Virus record (IMG/VR): IMGVR_UViG_3300017963_000235
Location: 20,682 to 84,681 of that record
From: a virus
Direction: 5' to 3' (one strand)
DNA: 64,000 nucleotides
The notes under the pieces are model-generated. The model was not told where the DNA came from. It made no database searches and saw only the letters and a program-made list of their open reading frames with translations. How positions within the stretch are numbered: position 1 is the stretch's first letter; the number at the start of each line of letters is the position of its first letter. Shown here in pieces: positions 62,529 to 64,000 of this stretch. The translations under genes and the position numbers were made by a program.

Positions 62529-62559
62529 AGGACTACTGAGAGATCGGTAGTCCTTTTTT
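62529..62559 (+). terminator. Rho-independent terminator
   Basis: AGGACTACTGA-GAGA-TCGGTAGTCCT followed by a T tract. Confidence 0.85.
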
Positions 62560-62870
62560 ATTGGCAAACGCAACAAAGAGATCACAAAGACATAAAAGGA
62601 GGTATACAAGGACAGTAATGGGATTAGATCTGATGGATGTGGATAGGGTCTAAACACACAGGGGGTATATAATGATCTCAAAACAAGAATTGAGATGGGA
62701 GAAAATTAGGTAGATGATAAGATTGCACAACAAACCCCACTCCTAGCCTGTTGATTTTAGTACTGCTTTTGGGATAGTAAAATTGTTCGTGATAAATAAT
62801 AAAACTTTCTTAAGATAATCCTTGTCTAATTGTCCGCCTTGCGGTATACCAGAATTAAAGGAGGATTGTC

Positions 62871-63338
62871 ATGTTTTCAGATTCCATTATTGATGAGGCA
62901 AGAGCACAGTTAAATACGGGTGTAAAAGGGCCAACGGTATGTAAGACTATTATGGAGGCTACAGGGTGTTCCCTTAAAGCGGCTATTGATTTGGTTACGG
63001 CGATCCGTAATGGTAATGCGAATACACGTACGGTGGCGTTTCTTAAGGACCTGGTTGTTAGGAGGCGCAAAGAGATGGTGGAGATTATGGGTGAGTTGAA
63101 AGAGGCTTATCTTCAGGAGGCTAGGGAGAATTGCACCTTTGAGGAGGGAGATCGGGTTTCTGTTTCCGATAAGGATTCTGGGTGGTTAAGGGATATTGTC
63201 GTGTTTATTGGTGTACATGGTGTTGATGTCGAGTCGGATTTAGTGGACAGATATCACACGATTTATGACGTAACAGACTCAGAAGGAAATACACGTATCG
63301 TCAGCGGTAGAGATTACACATTCGAGAAGGTAGAGTAG
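62871..63338 (+). CDS. Hypothetical protein
   Basis: AAAGGAGG RBS. Confidence 0.65.
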   Translation: MFSDSIIDEARAQLNTGVKGPTVCKTIMEATGCSLKAAIDLVTAIRNGNANTRTVAFLKDLVVRRRKEMVEIMGELKEAYLQEARENCTFEEGDRVSVSDKDSGWLRDIVVFIGVHGVDVESDLVDRYHTIYDVTDSEGNTRIVSGRDYTFEKVE

Positions 63339-63343
63339 AAGCG

Positions 63344-63811
63344 ATGATCTATGGTGTTATGATGTACTTGAAGGAACGCAGATCAGTTTATTCCTTAAAG
63401 ATCAATGCACAGGATTTGGATGAGGTGCGTACTCTAATTAAAAGTGAGTACTCGGGGATACTAACAGATACGTGTAGCGCCTCTGAAATAGTGGGAATAA
63501 GCCCTTCTGCCAGTCTTTTGGTGTGTACAGTTGAGGCACTGTTCTGGGTTGTTAATCAAAGATGTTCAGACGTTATAGGGGTTAATGCGGTGTATCCGGG
63601 GCAATGGGATTTGGTGTTGTTTCTAGCATTTATGTATAGGTACTTGGAGGTCCCTTCCTTGCGGGAGATCTTTAAGAGATTTCCTGGGAGCGTCCCTAGG
63701 GAGGTGATTAGGGACTGGGATAGGATTGTTGCTGTAGAATCTAGGGGTGAGCACGGAAGATATGAGGTTTTAGATCTCGAAGGTACTACGCCCATGGAGA
63801 AAGTTAACTAA
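63344..63811 (+). CDS. Hypothetical protein
   Basis: Coupled ORF, 155 aa. Confidence 0.55.
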   Translation: MIYGVMMYLKERRSVYSLKINAQDLDEVRTLIKSEYSGILTDTCSASEIVGISPSASLLVCTVEALFWVVNQRCSDVIGVNAVYPGQWDLVLFLAFMYRYLEVPSLREIFKRFPGSVPREVIRDWDRIVAVESRGEHGRYEVLDLEGTTPMEKVN

Positions 63812-63880
63812 CTACGTGTTTTATTTGGTTTTTATTTTTGGTTAGGAATGTACGTTCCTAATTGTTTAAGAGAGGTTATT

Positions 63881-64000
63881 ATGTCTAAGCGTTATAAAGT
63901 TGTGGCGACAGTGTGTACTGATAAAGTTGGATCTGAGTGCGTTAACGAGTATGAACTTGACGAGAATGATATGGAGGGGTTTCTTGAGTGCAAGGATGAG
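63881..64000 (+). CDS. Small acidic phage protein, 3'-truncated
   Basis: AGAGG RBS, MSKRYKVVATVCTDKVGSEC..., open to the window end. Confidence 0.55.
   Translation, partial: MSKRYKVVATVCTDKVGSECVNEYELDENDMEGFLECKDE

Noticed and set aside
1-64000. Stop-codon reassignment
   Set aside because: TAA, TAG and TGA all end well-coupled genes, coding density is high in code 11, and no suppressor tRNA is seen.

Overview
This window is a large part of a tailed dsDNA phage genome with a contractile tail (myovirus). Almost all genes are on the + strand. The order is: (i) 1-4.2 kb, early/accessory genes and an RNA-rich island (one-piece tmRNA, tRNA-Pro, tRNA-Leu, many stand-alone hairpins); (ii) 4.2-32.2 kb, head fibres, neck, sheath, tube, tape measure, baseplate, fibres and lysis; (iii) 32.2-36.7 kb, odd genes plus a small minus-strand membrane/lipoprotein operon; (iv) 36.9-52 kb, replication and recombination (long PolA fusion, amidohydrolase, dNMP kinase, Cas4-like nuclease, Sak4, SSB, primase-helicase, RuvC); (v) 52-62.5 kb, packaging and head (terminase, portal, gpF, protease, scaffold, capsid); (vi) the start of another accessory block. 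No integrase, CRISPR or reverse transcriptase is visible. The most striking unexplained signals are four. First, a structured element with a conserved loop (GGCGATYACGT.TCAAA) and a covarying stem occurs three times, including a 52/53-bp inverted repeat 33.5 kb apart, each time within the same promoter-gene-element-gene scaffold. Second, the one-piece tmRNA carries the alphaproteobacterial GGCAGUA T-loop and a Gln resume codon. Third, a candidate sRNA displays an anti-Shine-Dalgarno loop. Fourth, several intact ORFs look like catalytically dead enzyme homologues (PolX, Dam, beta-class MTase, ThyX, possibly primase). All protein calls come from motif recognition by eye; no searches or folding programs were run.
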